From NCBI GenBank assembly GCA_051294375.1, contig JBJCIZ010000102.1, positions 1-12,389 on the forward strand: a stretch of 12,389 nt of DNA, in the 5' to 3' direction. Each line of letters starts with the position of its first letter. Within the stretch, counting starts at the first letter, position 1. This DNA comes from Paraspadella gotoi (Eukaryota > Animalia > Chaetognatha). The position numbers and the translations under genes are program-made. The notes under the pieces were generated by a model that worked only from the letters and a program-made list of their open reading frames with translations, was not told where the DNA came from and did no database searches. Shown one piece after another: positions 8,132-12,389 of this stretch.

Positions 8132-9405
8132 GTTAGAGGGGTTTTTTATTTATTTTACTTTTGTTTAAGGGTAGAGGGATAAGATTAATAAGAGGGGGTT
8201 TTTTATTTTAGTTAGTTTTTCTAATAGTACTCGACACATTATTTATCAGAAATAAAGAAAACAGTATTAGCAAATTTTGCAGACATTAAGATCTATGATC
8301 AAAAAAACAAAAAAGCTAAAATTTAACAAAGGAATTAAAGATATTAGATTAAAACGGATACAATTGTTATGTTTAATTACCTATAAATTACATCAATTGG
8401 AAAGCTTTAAACTGTATTAACAATTGAAAGCAATTTGAAAAGTAAAGTAAGAAAATAGTTACTTCATCAAATTAATAACATCTGTAATTGTTGGAGTAAT
8501 ATTTTTTACTTTCTTGCCAAGATTTAACCACGATACTCTATTTTTTTTTGTTGTAATGCATGTTATATCCACATTTTTTCTCTCGAAATTGAGCTTTTTT
8601 GAATACACCATACTTTTAATAGTTATGCATGCTCCCTTCCTTCTTACCTCTTCGCCTTATTTGATATGCTGAAAACAATTGCTCTTGATCGTTTTCTCAA
8701 TTTTAAATATACTACATTTAGATTAAATATTTTATATTTATTACCGTCCCCTAACCATACCCTAAATAATAAATTTATCTAATTGTAAATGTATATGTAT
8801 ATATGTATATATTTTATACAGGTAGAGCACAAAATGTTCTTTTATTTTTTATATGCGTATTTCGAATAAAAAGCTGTGTTGTTGTTGAGCACACAATAAT
8901 TTCTCTAAATTTTTTGGTCTTATTTAGTTTTAAGTAAGCATACAATAAAAGTGTGCTTGATGTTCTTTTGCTTTTTTCTTCTATTTTGTTGCAATTTATT
9001 CTGTTTTCTAATATTTTTTTAATTTTCAATTATTCTTGCGAGATAATGTTTTACATCTCATATTATGTCTGCAAGAATATTGAAAAATTTAAAATTGTTT
9101 TTATCTACTTGATAATATTTACCGAATATTGAATATTGTTTTTACATGTCATATTTACCAAGATTATTGCAAATGTGTTTTTACATGTATATTTACCCAG
9201 GATTATTGCAAATTGTTTTTACATGTTATATTTACCAAGAATTATTGTTTACATGTTATTTTTTGCGCGCAAAAATTGTTCGACCCAGCCCTTATTTTTA
9301 ATTTTGTTTTAGTTTTATTTTAATTTTAAAAATGGGCTTTTTTTTAGTTTTTTAATAATTAATTTTTTAAAGTTTTTTGTTTTAAAATATAAAGATTTCA
9401 AATTT
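7872..9405 (+). repeat. ~1.55 kb direct repeat, copy 1
   Basis: Collinear with 10800-12389 from ACAGCATCTATCTCCAAGCGGGAGTCGG to AAAGATTTCAAATTT. The right boundary may extend further. Confidence 0.97.
9136..9262 (+). repeat. ~39 bp minisatellite, ~3.3 units plus degenerate upstream units (copy 1)
   Basis: Unit TTGTTTTTACATGTCATATTTAC(C)CAAGATTATTGCAAA. Confidence 0.9.
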
Positions 9406-10803
9406 TAATTGTCTTTTTTAAAGATAGATGGTGACGAGTATAGAATCAGTTCAAACAAAAGATCTTGAGAAAGAACTCATTAATATTTAGCGAGAGAGTG
9501 AGGGGTAATTCATATGCATATCAATGAAACTGTCTATAGAACTCTCCGTACCTTTTATGACTGTCATAGAACACTCATATTCTCATTCTCTATTGGTAAT
9601 GTACTATGCTAAATGATGCGCGTCCAAAAATAAAATTTAGGTTAGTTTCTAGCGTTCATTTCCCGATGTCCGTAACAATTGTTATTGTAGGGTTAGTGGT
9701 TCATTTCTTTGTATGTAAAAGCCTATGTTTGATTAATAAAAATATTTATATCAAAAATGAGTTCTATGATGTCAGGTTAAGCTATGGAATAAGATAGCCA
9801 GGGGCGAAGCCCGCATATTTCGTGAAGGTAAACATTGTCCTTAGCTAAGAAATAGACAAAGTTCGGTTGTATCGAATTTGTGACGGGAGGTAAAGATTGC
9901 CTGGCTGGCTATCGAATGCTGTCAAACGAAGATAACTTGCACTAGTTTTGAAAGAATTATAAAGGCACCCGATGGCCTTTAAGCGCAAAAATTAATAATA
10001 CACATCGGGTGTGTAGAGTTCTACGAAAATGTCTAGAGTTCGCGCCCGAGATGGAACAGACATCGGTTTAAGTATTCTATCTCTCATCTCTCATCTTTAT
10101 ACCTGTCTCATATCCTGAAATGTTTCAGTAGTCGCGCGAGGGATGGACGCGGGCAGACATATATATATCAGCCGCCGCGGATGACAGTGTCGATTCCGTG
10201 ATTTGGTATGCCACGACGCTGGAACGGAGCCATGCCAAAATTGGCACCTATCCGTGTACAGTCCTTTTTTTGTTAATTGGCTAGCTACTACAAGTATCTA
10301 AAAATGAATGAATGACCAATAAGTAAGAAAATGTATTATAACCAAGGAACCAAGATAGTGAAATGATTGTGAATAGGTAATCCAATATCAACTATAAGTA
10401 ATGAGTTAAATCAAAGAATACTTTAGTAGAAACAGAAAAAGATCAGATTATAAACATAAGTATTCTACCTTGTTTATACGTTGCAAGGCGATTTCCTTTA
10501 TCTGTTTCTCTCACAGTTTTTCTTTGCACACTGGTCGGCGCGAATAACGTGTTTAGTTAATAATCTGAAATTAAATTGCAAGGTATACATTTGACCAAAT
10601 TCCTAATCCGTGAGATCCCGGATTGACCGACTGAATAATTTCCTGTTGACCGTCTGTTGGTCCTGGGTGAGAGTGAAGAGTTTGGAATCAAACGTGTTAG
10701 CAGTTTATCTTGAAAACCTATCATATTAGTGAATTACTAATGTGTAATGGTATTTTTGGTTTTTATGAGAGAGTGAGAGTGCGTGCGTGGTCGTGTGTTA
10801 CAG

Positions 10804-11059
10804 CATCTATCTCCAAGCGGGAGTCGGGAGCGGCGCCGCCGTCTTCCTCCTCTTCTTCGTCCTCCTCGTCACCATCAAAGTGGCGAAGCGGCGGCGGAGA
10901 GAGCGGCGGCGTCGCGAGGCGGCGGAGGCAACGGCGAATGGCTTGTGGCGGGGGACGGCGGTGGCGGAGGGCGGAAGTCGACGACGCCGTCGCCCGTTGG
11001 GCCACGTTCGAGAGGAAGAGGGTGGGGAGGATGAGGTTTGGGCGGCAGATTGGGTTTAG
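10804..11059 (+). CDS. Terminal exon encoding TM helix + polybasic tail (copy 2, open frame)
   Basis: IYLQAGVGSGAAVFLLFFVLLVTIKVAKRRRRERRRREAAEATANG...EEEGGEDEVWAADWV*; acceptor AG at 10802-10803; no homologous upstream exon in this copy. Confidence 0.5.
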
Positions 11060-12117
11060 GGTTAGAGGGGTTTTTTATTTTATTTTACTTTTGTTTAAGG
11101 GTTAGAGGGGATAAGATTTAATAAGAGGGGTTTTTTTTTATTTTAGTTAGTTTTTCTATTTACTCAAGACAATTATTTATCCAAGAAATAAAAAACATAT
11201 TTAGCAAATTTGCAGACATTTAAGATCTGATGATCGAAAAAAACAAAAAAAGATTCTAGAATGATTTTTAACAAAGGGAATTAAAATTTTGATTAGATTA
11301 AAACGGATACAATTTGTTATGTTTAAATTACCTAATAAATTTACCATCAATTGGAAAGCTTTAACCTGTTGTTCAATATCAAACAATTTGAAACAATTTG
11401 AAAAGTAAGAAAGTAAGAAAAGTATTACTTCATCAAATTAATAACATCTTGTAATTGTTGGAGTAATATTTTTTTTAACTTTCTTGGCCAAGTATTTACC
11501 ACGAGGTACTTTCTTTTTTTTTTTTTGGTAACATGTTATATCCACATTTTTTCTCTCGAAATTGAGCTTTTTTGAATACAACCATGACTTTTAATAGTTA
11601 TGAATGCCATTCCCTATTCCTTCTTACCTCTTTCCTTATTGATTGCTGAAAACAATTGCTCTCTGATCGTTTTTTCTCAATTTTAAATATACATTTACAT
11701 TTAGATTAAATATTTTATATTTATTAACCGTCCCCTAACCATAACCCTAAATATATAATATTTAATCTAATTGTAAATGTATATGTATATATGTATATAT
11801 TTATATATACAGGGTAGAGCACAAATGTTCTTTTATTTTTTTATATGCGTATTTTCGAATTAAAAAGCGTTGTTGTTGTTGAGCACAATAAATTTCTCTA
11901 AAATTTTTTGTCTTATTAGTTTTAGTATAGCATAACAAATTTCTTCGATGTTCTTTTGCTTTTTTCCTTTTTGCAATTTATTCTGTTTTAATATTTTTTT
12001 TAATTTTTCATTATTCTTGCGAGATAATGTTTTACATCTCATATTATGTCTGCAAGAATATTGAAAAATTAAACATGTTTTTATCTACTTGATAATATTT
12101 ACCCAGAATATTGAATA

Positions 12118-12245
12118 TTGTTTTTACATGTCATATTTACCCAAGATTATTGCAAATTGTTTTTACATGTCATATTTACCCAAGATTATTGCAAATTGTT
12201 TTTTACATGTTATATTTACCCAAGAATTATTTTTACATGTTATGT
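12118..12245 (+). repeat. 39 bp minisatellite (copy 2)
   Basis: Two identical 39-mers (12118-12156, 12157-12195) plus a diverged third unit and a partial one; explains the repeated peptides in ORFs 12089 and 12111. Confidence 0.92.
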
Positions 12246-12389
12246 TTTGCGCGCAAAAATTGTTCACCCAGCCCTTATTTTTTAATTTTGTTTTAGTTTT
12301 AATTTTAATTTTAAAAATGGGCTTTTTTTTAGTTTTTTAATAATTAACTTTTTAAAGTTTTTTTGTTTTAAAATAAAGATTTCAAATTT

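Larger units (their letters stand above)
10800..12389 (+). repeat. ~1.55 kb direct repeat, copy 2 (to window edge)
   Basis: Collinear with 7872-9405; about 56 nt longer, mostly through single-base insertions. Confidence 0.97.

Noticed and set aside
9136-9262. Tandem repeats as a CRISPR array
   Set aside because: Units abut with no unique spacers; eukaryotic context and no cas genes.
10127-10132. AGTAGT as a Polinton terminus
   Set aside because: Single hexamer, wrong orientation for a right end of the left-hand element, and no matching inverted repeat in the window.
11051-11110. TTAGGG/TTAGG telomere-like words (also ~8124-8180, CCCTAA ~8749)
   Set aside because: Only scattered imperfect units, not an array.

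Overview
AT-rich eukaryotic sequence. Positions 1-~5700 (minus strand) are the virion/integration module of a Polinton/Maverick (adintovirus-like) endogenous DNA virus. In transcription order it holds a small membrane-protein ORF, packaging ATPase, small basic pX-like ORF, conserved unknown ORF, DDE integrase, minor capsid (penton), basic core-like ORF and major capsid (running off the left edge). Most ORFs are broken by single-base homopolymer indels and a few stops, which may be partly long-read error. PolB, protease and terminal inverted repeats were not found in the window. To the right are an unannotated 4-exon spliced gene with a poly-Met start (5790-~6540), a 25-N gap, and a candidate spliced small transmembrane/polybasic protein. 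There is also a ~1.55 kb direct duplication (7872-9405 / 10800-12389) whose copies differ mainly by single-base indels. All family calls come from manual translation and remembered motifs; no database search was run.
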